DNA of 64,000 bases from Candidatus Nomurabacteria bacterium (GCA_023898465.1 CP060223.1:672001-736000); one strand, 5' to 3'; shown: positions 1 through 9,461, counted from the stretch's first letter. Notes: a model not told the origin generated them from the sequence alone. Made by a program: numbers and translations.

Positions 1-584
1 ATGTCGTAATCGAGTACGGAAAAAATTTCCGGATCAGGTCGGAAAATAATCGTCGTGCCTGTGCCCTTAGCGCTCCCAATCGGTTTAATCTTGCTGGTCA
101 CTTTACCGCGGGTGAATTCCATGGCCCAGACTTTACCTTCGCGGCTCACTTCAGCCCGTACAAAATCAGAAAGCGCGTTCACCACAGACAAACCGACACC
201 GTGCAAACCTCCAGACACTTTGTATCCCCCACTGCCAAACTTACCACCAGCGTGCAAAGTGGTCATAACTGTTTCCAGGGCAGACTTCTTGGTGGTGGCA
301 TGCTTCTCAACCGGGATACCACGTCCGTTATCTTGTACCTCAACGCGTCGATCTTTGTGTAAGACCACATGCACCTCAGTACAATGACCGGCCATGGCTT
401 CGTCAATCGAGTTGTCGACCACTTCCCAAATCAAGTGATGCAAACCTGCCTCGGCCGTGTTACCGATGTACATACCCGGACGCTTGCGAACCGGATCTAA
501 TCCTTCGAGGACGGTGATTTGCTTAGCGGAATATTCGCTGGATGCGGACTTCTCTTTCTTGGCTGGGCTAGGTTTTTTTGGCAT
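1..584 (-). CDS. gyrB: DNA gyrase subunit B, N-terminal part (gene continues beyond the window start)
   Basis: Minus-strand translation from ATG at 584 reads MPKKPSPAKKEKSASSEYSAKQITVLEGLDPVRKRPGMYIGNT... followed by the GHKL ATPase motifs of type II topoisomerase B subunits. The ORF track lists only a spurious antisense ORF (55..387 +) here. GyrB versus ParE cannot be strictly separated from this fragment. Confidence 0.8.
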   Translation of the reverse strand, partial: MPKKPSPAKKEKSASSEYSAKQITVLEGLDPVRKRPGMYIGNTAEAGLHHLIWEVVDNSIDEAMAGHCTEVHVVLHKDRRVEVQDNGRGIPVEKHATTKKSALETVMTTLHAGGKFGSGGYKVSGGLHGVGLSVVNALSDFVRAEVSREGKVWAMEFTRGKVTSKIKPIGSAKGTGTTIIFRPDPEIFSVLDYD

Positions 585-598
585 GCGGAATTCTTTCG

Positions 599-2893
599 TT
601 AAGATCTGACTTCAGCGTTCACTTTAGTGCGGAGCGCTTCTCTGAGTTTGTGCATACTGGCGTCGACTTCATCCGAGGATAAGGTGCGATCGGCAGCCCG
701 GAAACTGAGGTGAAAAGCCAGGCTGCGTTTGCCTTCTTTTTCGTAGACATCGAAGAGGGCAAAGTCGGTAATAAGCGGGGTAGCTCGAATAATCCCCTCT
801 ATATCAGTATAGCGTATTTCAGCCTTAATCCATAGGGCTAGGTCACGTTTTACCTCTGGATATGCAGGAATCTCTGTATAGCGTATTTTGGCCTTTTCTA
901 GGGCCTTTTGCAGGGCCTCCAGGCGGAATTCAGCCATCCGTACCAGGCCTGAGAGTTTATGGTTGCGGAGGACGAGTGGAGAGGCCTGAAGTAGGCGCCC
1001 GACGCTCTGTCCTTGCACGAGTATCTTTACCTCATTTTCCCCGGCTTGGAGGCGGAAATCAGTCACCCCAAAGTGGTGCTCCAGCACCGTGCGTAAGAGG
1101 CTGGAAAACTCCATGACCGCCTTTTCGCTCCCCTGCCAAAGCACGAGGAGCATAGGATCTTCGGTAAAAGTATTGCCTGAGCGTTGATATGCTTTACCAA
1201 ATTCAAAAAGGCGTTGGTCAGAATGTGTCTTCGCATTCTTGGCAGCAACTTGGAGCAGACCCGGGATAAGCGAAGTGCGCAGATATTCTTGCTCAGCGCT
1301 TAAAGGATTACTAATGCGTACAGCCTGTTTCAAATCATCTTGCACCATTACTTCAGGCACATACGCATAGCCTATGTGTTCGTGGAAGCCGAGTTGCGCA
1401 AAAGCATCAGCCAAACGGTCAGTCATCACATCTTGCGCTGGCAATGCGACCGGGCGACCCGGTGCCGGTGGGACTGTTCGAATAATCGCATTGTAGCCAG
1501 AGAGACGTGCTACTTCTTCGGCCACATCTTCAGGTAAGCTAATGTCATGTCGCCAGCTTGGCGGTGTAACGCTGAGCGTCTTAGCTGAACCACTTACCTT
1601 CATCCCAAGCGAGCTCAGCAACTTCTTTATCTTCGTGGCAGGAATGTCGGTACCAAGGAATTCATTTAACCAAGTGACAGAAACTCGCACCGGCTTAGCT
1701 GCTTTTGGCAACTTACCAGCTTGTACCACGCCACCCACCGGCTGCGCGCCGGCATGTGCTTGCAAGAGTTGGACGGCGCGCTGCATTGCCAGCCCAGTCA
1801 TTTCTGGATCAATGCCTTTACTGAAACGCTGCGAGCTCTCGGAACTCAGCTGCAGGGCGCGGGAAGTGTGATACACCGAGTCACTGGCAAACACCGCTGC
1901 TTCTAAAATAATATCCGTACTTGTCTCAGTTACACCGCTCTCTTCTCCTCCCATTACACCAGCAATAGCAATCGGATTTTTCGCATCAGCAATAAGCATC
2001 ATGCTGGGCTTCAGACTATAGCGCTTACCATCAAGGGCGAGGAGTGATTCCCCTGCTTTGGCTGGACGGACCTGAATGGTCTCACCTGAGAGTTTCGCCG
2101 CATCAAAAGCGTGCATGGGCTGACCCAGCTCCAACATGACATAGTTCACAATATCTACCACATTGTTAATAGGCCGCACGCCAGCAGCTTGCAAACGCTG
2201 CTGCAGCCAATCCGGACTCGCCTGCACCCGCACCTTCGTCATGCGCTGACCTAAGTACATTGCACAATCCTTATTTTGCAGACGAACTTTGACCGGGCTC
2301 TTACCTTTGCTGCGTAGGCCTTTTGGTGCAGTAGGAAGCTTCTTGCCACTCGCAGCGGCAATCTCGCGCGCAATGCCAAGCACTGAAAGACAGTCTGAGC
2401 GATTCGGGGTAACAGAAATCTCATACACGAGGTCCTTGCCCTTCAGTACCTCGGTGACTGGTCGGCCAATGGGCGCATTATCAGGTAACACGAGTATGCC
2501 AGCGTGGCTCTCACCAATGCCTAGCTCGTCCTCGGCACAGAGCATGCCGGCGGACTCTTCACCGCGGATTTTGCTTCGCTCGATTTTCTGACCATTGGGT
2601 AAGACAGTGCCTGGGGTAGCTACCGCCACCTTTTGCCCTTGCGCCAGGTTTGGGCCACCACAAACAATCCGATGCAATCCCCCGTCACCGATATTTACTT
2701 CAGCAATGCGGAGACGATCAGCATTTGGATGCGCCAGTACATTCAACACATGACCAATAATGACCGTGTCGGCAATTGCCACATCACTCTTGATTGACTC
2801 AACTGGTAAACCAGCTGCATCAAGCAGGGCCCGGACTTGTTCCGGTTTCGGCATGGTGACAAATTCTGCTGCCCAACGATGCGAAACGTGCAT
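599..2893 (-). CDS. pheT: Phenylalanine--tRNA ligase beta subunit
   Basis: Inside the 781-aa ORF 599..2944 the canonical PheT N-terminus MHVSHRWAAEFV begins at ATG 2893, 1 nt after the pheS stop (TAATATG). B3/B4, B5 and anticodon-binding regions are recognisable. Confidence 0.9.
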   Translation of the reverse strand: MHVSHRWAAEFVTMPKPEQVRALLDAAGLPVESIKSDVAIADTVIIGHVLNVLAHPNADRLRIAEVNIGDGGLHRIVCGGPNLAQGQKVAVATPGTVLPNGQKIERSKIRGEESAGMLCAEDELGIGESHAGILVLPDNAPIGRPVTEVLKGKDLVYEISVTPNRSDCLSVLGIAREIAAASGKKLPTAPKGLRSKGKSPVKVRLQNKDCAMYLGQRMTKVRVQASPDWLQQRLQAAGVRPINNVVDIVNYVMLELGQPMHAFDAAKLSGETIQVRPAKAGESLLALDGKRYSLKPSMMLIADAKNPIAIAGVMGGEESGVTETSTDIILEAAVFASDSVYHTSRALQLSSESSQRFSKGIDPEMTGLAMQRAVQLLQAHAGAQPVGGVVQAGKLPKAAKPVRVSVTWLNEFLGTDIPATKIKKLLSSLGMKVSGSAKTLSVTPPSWRHDISLPEDVAEEVARLSGYNAIIRTVPPAPGRPVALPAQDVMTDRLADAFAQLGFHEHIGYAYVPEVMVQDDLKQAVRISNPLSAEQEYLRTSLIPGLLQVAAKNAKTHSDQRLFEFGKAYQRSGNTFTEDPMLLVLWQGSEKAVMEFSSLLRTVLEHHFGVTDFRLQAGENEVKILVQGQSVGRLLQASPLVLRNHKLSGLVRMAEFRLEALQKALEKAKIRYTEIPAYPEVKRDLALWIKAEIRYTDIEGIIRATPLITDFALFDVYEKEGKRSLAFHLSFRAADRTLSSDEVDASMHKLREALRTKVNAEVRS

Positions 2894-2894
2894 A

Positions 2895-3887
2895 TTAGAA
2901 TTGCGACAAGAAACGAAGATCGCCCTGATATGACATACGCACATCAGGCACTTGATAGTAATACATCATGAGGCGATCAATCCCCATGCCAAAAGCAAAG
3001 CCAGAGTACTCCCGAGGATCAACGCGCATATTCCGCAGCACCTCTGGATGAATCATGCCGCAGCCCAGCATCTCCATCCAACCTTTGCCGCCGTTCATCA
3101 GGATTTCCGCGCCTGGCTCCACAAATGGGAAAAAGCTTGGCTGCGCTCGGATTTCTACGTGTTCGCCAAAAAGTGTTTTGAAAAAAGTTTCCAAAGTACC
3201 GAGAAGGTCGCCAAAGGTCAGCCCTTTGGCAATCGCCATACCTTCGCAGTAATGATAGTTCGCCTCATGCGACGCATCAGTTGCCTCGTGACGGAACACA
3301 CGCCCAGGTGAAATGAAACGGATCGGCGGCTGGCGCTCCTCCATCACCCGCACCTGCATCGGAGAAATGTGCGTGCGCAGTAAAGGCTGGTTGGGTCCGC
3401 TCTTCAGCGCACCGTCAATGTAAAAAGTATCCCACTCATCCCGGGCTGGATGATCCTCAGGGATGCGGAGGAAGTCGAAGTTGTACTTGGCCAGCTCAAT
3501 CTCCGGGCCATGCAGCACCTCATAACCCATGCCCATGAAGACCTCCTGAATCCGCCGCTGCATATGACGGAGAGGATGAATTGAACCAAGAGGCAGTTCC
3601 GGCCCCATTAGGGTGAGATCAGCTGCTGCTTTCACGTTCCCCTGCTGCAAAAGCTGCTGCTGTTTCTGCAGCGCTTGTTCCAGCTCTTGCTTCACGCTAT
3701 TCCAAAGTTTGCCCAGCTGCGCGCGGTCGCTCTGCGGCTGGCTGGCAATCGCGGTTGATGCCTGAGCTAAAGCGCCTTTGCGGCCAAGCCAGGTATTGCG
3801 CCACTGCTCCAGTGACTTCGCATCACTCACCTGCTGCAGAGCAGCCATGGCATCACTACGTAGCTTATTGAGTTCGGATTCCATCAT
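2895..3887 (-). CDS. pheS: Phenylalanine--tRNA ligase alpha subunit
   Basis: Class II aaRS core (…FRHEATDASHEANYHYCEGM…GMGIDRLMM). The N-terminus MMESELNKL matches the PheS coiled-coil start. Start chosen at M13/M14 (3887 or 3884); ORF M1 at 3923 is the alternative. Confidence 0.88.
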   Translation of the reverse strand: MMESELNKLRSDAMAALQQVSDAKSLEQWRNTWLGRKGALAQASTAIASQPQSDRAQLGKLWNSVKQELEQALQKQQQLLQQGNVKAAADLTLMGPELPLGSIHPLRHMQRRIQEVFMGMGYEVLHGPEIELAKYNFDFLRIPEDHPARDEWDTFYIDGALKSGPNQPLLRTHISPMQVRVMEERQPPIRFISPGRVFRHEATDASHEANYHYCEGMAIAKGLTFGDLLGTLETFFKTLFGEHVEIRAQPSFFPFVEPGAEILMNGGKGWMEMLGCGMIHPEVLRNMRVDPREYSGFAFGMGIDRLMMYYYQVPDVRMSYQGDLRFLSQF

Positions 3888-4266
3888 GCGGCTTTTGTTC
3901 ACGGGCCAGAGCAAAGAATTCAATCAAAGAAAGGAGGATGAGATAGGCAGCCAGGTTCCACCAACGCAGGAATTCAGACACCTGCATAATGAGCGCGCCG
4001 CTCACCAGGAGACTGAAGAGCGTGCCCTGGCGAAAAGAAATCGCCACCTGCCGGTAGGCCACTGGTTCGCGCACAAAGCGCATCCGCAGACCAAAACCCA
4101 GCAAGGAGAAGCTGCCAATCAAGGCAAAAAACAAGGTTAAAAAAAACGCGGCATGCCCGATGAAGCCCGACACCTCCGGATCAATCGAGAAAAGGACCAG
4201 CGCCCAGAGCGCCCAACTCAGCACCGTGGCCACAGTCATAAGGAGCAGGTAACGTCGAATGCTCAC
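3865..4266 (-). CDS. Small hypothetical integral membrane protein (4 predicted TM helices)
   Basis: 133-aa ORF, highly hydrophobic, no recognisable family; overlaps the pheS start by about 20 nt. Confidence 0.4.
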   Translation of the reverse strand: MSIRRYLLLMTVATVLSWALWALVLFSIDPEVSGFIGHAAFFLTLFFALIGSFSLLGFGLRMRFVREPVAYRQVAISFRQGTLFSLLVSGALIMQVSEFLRWWNLAAYLILLSLIEFFALAREQKPHDGIRTQ

Positions 4267-4491
4267 AAGGCAAAAATTCGGGAGTAATTAGCTAAAACAG
4301 CAGCCTGATTGTACCAGAAATCAGGTGCTGGGGCAAGATAGGATATTTAATTACTTTTTGTTTGGATAACGGGAAAAAAGGAAAATGAATGAATGTTCGT
4401 CGATCAAAATATCTTAGCACTCTTTCTTCAATCCATTCATTTATACCTAATATTTATTTTAGACACATATTATTGACCATACTTAACTCTT

Positions 4492-6819
4492 TCAGTCTTT
4501 CGTCGCATCATTGATAATTTGATAGTGATTTGGTGCGATTTTTTCCATCATCTCAAATAATTCATTCACAATCTTTTTTGTCTCTGGGACGAGCGCTGGA
4601 TTAAAACCGGATCCAGTAATATGTGATTGATCATTTGTAAATTTGTATATGGCGTCTAACTTTTGTTCATCATACCCATTTTGTTTTAACTCCTCTATCT
4701 TTTTATATGATTTTTTTCCATTTGGAACACTGAACATTAAAAACGTATCCCAAACCTTCCTTGCTATATTAGGAATAGGATATGCCTTGGCGATAGAATC
4801 ATCTTGTTCATCGCGAAGATATTTAAGTAATTTAAAGAGATAGTGGTATTCACTTTCATATTCACAAAGCTCTTTATCCATTCTATCAATGTAGGCACAA
4901 CGAATGTTCGAGGGAAAATAATTTTTTATCATAAAGTACCCGGTATTATCTCTCCCGGCACCCCTCCGCCAATTGATCAAAAGTTTCAAGAAATCAAAAC
5001 TATGAGTAAAAATAAACACTTGCCCGCCGTCTTTTACTGCACCCTTCAAAAAACTAAAGGCTTGATAAAGAGAATTTGAATCGAGGCTAGATACAGGATC
5101 GTCAATGAGGATGATTCCATTTTGAAGATCAAAACTCTGATCTTCAAGATGCACCACAAAATATATAAAGGCAATAGCGGTCTTTTCACCTTCGCTTAAA
5201 TATTTTGCAGCAGAGTCATCGCGCATGATATTGTACCCCGAAACAACCTCTTTTTCATCACCATTCTCGCTAATAACCGTTTCGATGCGCGGAACAAATT
5301 TTAGCTCTCTGTGCCCCAAATAAGTTGCTATTTTTTCATTGATGACTTCACAGGCCTTATGTTTCGATGAGATTTTCGCTGTATTTTCTTCAATTCTTTT
5401 ATTTATCTCCTCAATTTCTTTTGTTAATGTGTCTATGTTTTTTGTTAGATTAGAAATATCTGATTCTATTTTTTTTATATCGTCAAAAATTGTACTCAGA
5501 TAGTGGAATTTTATTTTTTCCGCAGCCCTCTGTTTAACGGTATCAAAATCCGCAGTTCGTTTTTTGTGTTCATCAATAATGGCATTTACGCTATCAACAA
5601 CTTTATATAGACCGATACTGCTCAATTTTTTATCATGCTCTACCCTTTCGGTCGTCTTACTTTTCTTACTTTTAATTTTATCCGCAAGATTTGTAATATC
5701 GTTGACAAATTGTTGTTTAGCTAGTTCAAAATTAACTTTTTCTGTCTCTAGGTTTGTTTGTAGGTCTTTATAGAATCTCGTTTTCTCGGGAATTGTTATA
5801 TTTTGAATAACGGAGTAAAGCTTCCTTAATTTTTCAACAAGACTATCCAGGTCTTCTTTTAATTTTTTGTCTGCATTATTAAAATAAAGTGCCAATTGCT
5901 CTACTCTATCATTTGGAATATTTTGTAAACAGTATTCGCAAACATCTGAAGAATGTCTTTTGTGTAATTTTACCCCCTCTTCTACCCATTCTGAAATATC
6001 ATTATTTTCTGCAAGTCGATTAATAATCTCGGACTCAACTTTTTTGTTTAATACGTTTTCTGCCTCGGTATTAATGGAATTTACAATTTCAGAAATTTCG
6101 TAATTGTTTTGATCTATTTCGACTTTCGGAATAAATATTCTATCCAAAAATGGTAGAGATTCCTGCTTTAAAGAGATTAATATATTATTGAGCTCTACTT
6201 CTTCTAGCTCCACCTTCCTATTAATTTTAGAAAAATCACTTTCTGCCTGCGGCCTACGATAATCTCTTAATGCATTTCCTCCGATCGCAGCTCCTATGGT
6301 TTTTGCAATTTCGGTGAATTGACCATCGCGACTTGCTTTAAGCCGCTTATGGTCTTTTTTATAATCTGCCAATCTTGCAATTTTTCCTCTTTGCTTCGGA
6401 TCAGATGAATCGCCGTTGAGTAAAGTTCTATCTTTTTTAATTTGAACAGCGAGATCTTTATTTTCTTCACCGAGTAAAATTGAAATTGAATTTGCACGGC
6501 CTTCTATAAGCTCAATATTTCTTTCTATATAGTCTCTGTTGAAAACTCTGACTTTTGGAGGGAATGTGTCGTTTTGATCGTACCTATTTCCATTCTCGTC
6601 TTCAATTTCATACTCCAGATTTTCAATACTCACCCCGCTTAAAGCATCAAATAAACGGGAGAGTGTTGTTTTGCCGCTTCCATTCCAACCATACACTAAA
6701 TTAAGTTGCTTGAAATTTGGCAAGGTTGATCTAGATCGTATTCCTGAACCCCAGACATAATTAGAAAAAACAAGTCCGAGATTTTTTATTTTATTGATTC
6801 TTTGGATAGCATTACCCAT
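4492..6819 (-). CDS. RloC/PrrC-like ABC-type ATPase with Rad50-like CxxC zinc hook (putative anticodon nuclease / abortive-infection defence protein, AAA_13-like)
   Basis: 775 aa. Walker A LVYGWNGSGKTT near the N-terminus; about 450 aa of predicted coiled coil interrupted by CEYC (CxxC hook); ABC signature LSEGEK; Walker B/D-loop GIILIDDPVSSLD; H-loop FIFTHSFDF; about 170-aa C-terminal extra domain. The gene and its flanks (about 4270-7040) are markedly AT-rich (about 30-35% GC by eye) against about 50% neighbours. Confidence 0.6.
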   Translation of the reverse strand: MGNAIQRINKIKNLGLVFSNYVWGSGIRSRSTLPNFKQLNLVYGWNGSGKTTLSRLFDALSGVSIENLEYEIEDENGNRYDQNDTFPPKVRVFNRDYIERNIELIEGRANSISILLGEENKDLAVQIKKDRTLLNGDSSDPKQRGKIARLADYKKDHKRLKASRDGQFTEIAKTIGAAIGGNALRDYRRPQAESDFSKINRKVELEEVELNNILISLKQESLPFLDRIFIPKVEIDQNNYEISEIVNSINTEAENVLNKKVESEIINRLAENNDISEWVEEGVKLHKRHSSDVCEYCLQNIPNDRVEQLALYFNNADKKLKEDLDSLVEKLRKLYSVIQNITIPEKTRFYKDLQTNLETEKVNFELAKQQFVNDITNLADKIKSKKSKTTERVEHDKKLSSIGLYKVVDSVNAIIDEHKKRTADFDTVKQRAAEKIKFHYLSTIFDDIKKIESDISNLTKNIDTLTKEIEEINKRIEENTAKISSKHKACEVINEKIATYLGHRELKFVPRIETVISENGDEKEVVSGYNIMRDDSAAKYLSEGEKTAIAFIYFVVHLEDQSFDLQNGIILIDDPVSSLDSNSLYQAFSFLKGAVKDGGQVFIFTHSFDFLKLLINWRRGAGRDNTGYFMIKNYFPSNIRCAYIDRMDKELCEYESEYHYLFKLLKYLRDEQDDSIAKAYPIPNIARKVWDTFLMFSVPNGKKSYKKIEELKQNGYDEQKLDAIYKFTNDQSHITGSGFNPALVPETKKIVNELFEMMEKIAPNHYQIINDATKD

Positions 6820-6954
6820 GACGGTAAAAAATTATATTATTGGCAAGTTCACCCCCACCATAAATCACATAGTAACCGATTACACCTTACACCCCTCCTT
6901 AACCTCTTACACCATTCATCTCAAGAAAATATTAAGACCACCCTCCCCTGCCAA

Positions 6955-6985
6955 TAGCAAAAGCGGGTAGCCAACGGCACCCGCT
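6955..6985 (-). terminator. Rho-independent terminator downstream of 7042..7590 gene
   Basis: Minus strand reads AGCGGGTGCCGTTGGCTACCCGCT (7-bp stem AGCGGGT/ACCCGCT) followed by TTTTGCTATT. Confidence 0.5.
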
Positions 6986-7041
6986 CATTACTCCCTCCAT
7001 AGGGTATTTCACCAGAAACAGATTAAGAAAATATTAAGAGG

Positions 7042-7590
7042 CTAAATTGCCTGATAGGTATTTACAATCTGAGTTGCCTCTTGAAGCATATTATCAGCTC
7101 CCTGGCTCCTCGCCGGGATCGTCCATAGCAACATAGCATCACCACTTACCATGTAGTAATGATCAAAACCACCGTCAAAGCTATAATACGCAGTGCTTCC
7201 GTTTGAGAGTGTTATCGCCTGCCAAGTATCCGCTATTTCAGTGTTCGAGCTGATAGTCAGAGATAGTGCTGGCACTTCGCTTGCCTGCTCTGTAGATGTA
7301 GGGGTCGGTACGTTCTTTTCAGTATTCACTGACCAACCCTGAGGGTAACGCACTGAGAAATGATACTCGGGATTTTCTACTACCTTCCAAGCAGAAATAT
7401 CTACATTGCCTGACGACGGTGGTAATACTGACTGAGTGAAATTTTGTTGCACCGCCATGGATGACTCTAGTTCGTTAACCTGAGCACTTAACTCTTGCGC
7501 ATCATTTCGAGCAAGGCTATACATCCACGCTAAACTCACCGTGATAACAACAAGGACAATAAAGGCTATATTCTGGAATTTCTTGGACAT
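7042..7590 (-). CDS. Hypothetical membrane-anchored protein (N-terminal TM helix, extracytoplasmic domain)
   Basis: 182-aa ORF with N-terminal hydrophobic anchor IAFIVLVVITVSLAWMY; no family recognised; own terminator downstream. Confidence 0.55.
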   Translation of the reverse strand: MSKKFQNIAFIVLVVITVSLAWMYSLARNDAQELSAQVNELESSMAVQQNFTQSVLPPSSGNVDISAWKVVENPEYHFSVRYPQGWSVNTEKNVPTPTSTEQASEVPALSLTISSNTEIADTWQAITLSNGSTAYYSFDGGFDHYYMVSGDAMLLWTIPARSQGADNMLQEATQIVNTYQAI

Positions 7591-7754
7591 AGTTGTCTCC
7601 TGCTAATTAATAACAGGGCTATCTTAGCCCAGTAATATCTAATAAGCAAGTCCTATTCTTAATATTTTCTTTAACTACCATATGTAAATTGTCCCTGGGT
7701 GATAACCAGCCTGATTATCACATCTGTGAAGTTCTTTGAAGAAAAGGAAGCAAA

Positions 7755-8108
7755 ATGAGGTATCTTCTCTTCCTGATTGTCGCACTGGTGGCGCTTTCAG
7801 TTGCTAGCCCCGGAGTGAGCCTTGCGACGGACACAACGGTGGAGTACTCCTTCTACGGTCCGTCCGGAGACTACAAGATCGAACTCTTCGAGGTGGGGGC
7901 ACCCTATCCATCTCGACAAGACTACGTCTACGGCTATAGTGGCACTTTCACGTATCGCCGTACTTGGTCATCGATCGTCGCCTACCGATCCTACTTCATC
8001 CGCATCACTGACCTTAACTCGGGAGTCGCAAAGCAGACTGGATCCGTCTACGTTACCTACAATGGTGGGTACTATGCGTGGTCGACCTGCTACTGGAGCT
8101 CAATGTAA
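7755..8108 (+). CDS. Small secreted Tyr/Trp/Ser-rich hypothetical protein
   Basis: 117 aa, classic signal peptide MRYLLFLIVALVALSVASPGVSLA, mature part about 90 aa with 17 Tyr; followed by a terminator at 8137..8172. Confidence 0.6.
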   Translation: MRYLLFLIVALVALSVASPGVSLATDTTVEYSFYGPSGDYKIELFEVGAPYPSRQDYVYGYSGTFTYRRTWSSIVAYRSYFIRITDLNSGVAKQTGSVYVTYNGGYYAWSTCYWSSM

Positions 8109-8136
8109 AGACTTCGACTTCCTGAAGGGTTCTCAA

Positions 8137-8172
8137 CTGCGTCATTTCCTCTAGGGAATGGCGCAGTTTTTT
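8137..8172 (+). terminator. Rho-independent terminator
   Basis: CTGCGTCATTTCC…GGAATGGCGCAG imperfect stem followed by TTTTTT. Confidence 0.5.
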
Positions 8173-8255
8173 ACTAGCAGCTCAAGTAGTGTTTTTTAAA
8201 TAGCAAAGCTAATTATTTCATATTTGCATACCACTGCATTACCCACAAATAAACG

Positions 8256-8284
8256 TTGACAAAAACGCCTCATAGGTTTATATT
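8256..8284 (+). promoter_or_regulatory. Sigma70-like promoter (TTGACA-17nt-TATATT)
   Basis: TTGACA at 8256-8261, 17-nt spacer, TATATT at 8279-8284; about 55 nt upstream of the ATG at 8343 preceded by GGAGG. Confidence 0.4.
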
Positions 8285-8342
8285 GCGGTGTTCTCTAGTG
8301 GCTCTTTTCACACGTGCAAATCAGACAGAGACGGAGGCCTCT

Positions 8343-8618
8343 ATGTTGAGATCAGCTGAGGAAGTCAGCGCCGGAATCCTCGAACGAATACCGGAGTCTG
8401 CTCCGGAACGAGAAATCCTGCGACAACGCTTCGATGAAATCATGCGCGAGATCGGACCCGATCAGAACAGCCTACCCTTCACCTCACCTGAGATGCTGCA
8501 GGGTTACGACGGCTTGAGAATTCAAGGCTTCTGCAACGCTTGCACAGAAACGATCGGCGATCCCAGCGGAAGCGAATGGAAACTCGCGGTAGCAAGCTAC
8601 CTCAGTTCTGGATCCTGA
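8343..8618 (+). CDS. Hypothetical small protein
   Basis: ATG at 8343 preceded by GGAGGCC SD (inside longer track ORF 8256..8618); 91 aa, acidic, no family recognised. Confidence 0.45.
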   Translation: MLRSAEEVSAGILERIPESAPEREILRQRFDEIMREIGPDQNSLPFTSPEMLQGYDGLRIQGFCNACTETIGDPSGSEWKLAVASYLSSGS

Positions 8619-8645
8619 CCCCCAAACCCTTTCCTCGAGGTCGAC

Positions 8646-8840
8646 ATGACAACAAGGACCAGAGGACGGAGTCAGGTCAAAAGGCTCCTCACCCTCATAC
8701 AAGGTTCCTCATGCAGGGACCTAACCCCAGAAGATGATGGCTTCAATGCCCAAGTCCGGAGCCAGATGATGGAGCTCTGGGCAAAGGACCCCAAGCGTGC
8801 CAGACGACACATCATTCGGAGCAGGCCTGTCCGCTCTTGA
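8646..8840 (+). CDS. Hypothetical small basic protein
   Basis: 64-aa ORF immediately followed by a strong terminator (8852..8890); no homology recognised. Confidence 0.3.
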   Translation: MTTRTRGRSQVKRLLTLIQGSSCRDLTPEDDGFNAQVRSQMMELWAKDPKRARRHIIRSRPVRS

Positions 8841-8851
8841 ACCCATCCCTA

Positions 8852-8890
8852 AAGACTGTTGGATACGCTCCAGCAGTCTTTTTCTTTATT
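8852..8890 (+). terminator. Rho-independent terminator
   Basis: AAGACTG…CAGTCTT stem followed by TTTTTCTTTATT. Confidence 0.55.
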
Positions 8891-8906
8891 CAACTTTCTA
8901 AAAATC

Positions 8907-9461
8907 CTACAAAATAATTAGACTCGCCACTACTCCGTAAATGACCACGCTAAGCATGTCCTGCAACACCGTAGCGATCGGTCCGGTGCTCGCTGCTGGA
9001 TCTCGATGAGCTGATTGGAAGAGGTAGGCAATGATGAGTGCTACTACTGGGGCTGTGGTAATAGCAACACATGAAGCAATCGCCACGCTCAATGACAATT
9101 GCGCATCTCCCAACCAAAACCAAGTGATGAGTCCGGAGATAAGACCAAACACGATGCCAATAATTACACCGAGAGAAAACTCTTTGCGGAGATAAACCTT
9201 GAACTTGGCTTTCCCAGTTTTTAAATCACGGGAATAAATAGCCTCGGTTTGCGTCCCCACTGCATCAGAAATATACACAATGAAGGGCATGAAAAAGGCC
9301 ACCTGCACGCTATGGGCCAGCACTTCTTCAAAACGCGAAGTAACAAAAGAAATACCAATGCCTAACATGAGACCAAAAATAAGAGCTGGGGCTCGCAGGT
9401 TTAATAAAGTACCAATGCTCTCATGACCATCATCTGCGTATCGTATTTTTGGCGTTTGCAT
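8907..9461 (-). CDS. MgtE-family divalent-cation transporter, membrane domain only (no N/CBS domains)
   Basis: 184 aa with the PF01769-type motifs (…PFIVYISDAVGTQTEAI… and …DPAASTGPIATVLQDMLSVVIYGVVAS…). Confidence 0.7.
   Translation of the reverse strand: MQTPKIRYADDGHESIGTLLNLRAPALIFGLMLGIGISFVTSRFEEVLAHSVQVAFFMPFIVYISDAVGTQTEAIYSRDLKTGKAKFKVYLRKEFSLGVIIGIVFGLISGLITWFWLGDAQLSLSVAIASCVAITTAPVVALIIAYLFQSAHRDPAASTGPIATVLQDMLSVVIYGVVASLIIL

Noticed and set aside
55-387. 110-aa plus-strand ORF at the window start
   Set aside because: Lies antisense inside the clearly identifiable gyrB N-terminal coding sequence (minus strand); Pro/Thr-rich low-complexity product.
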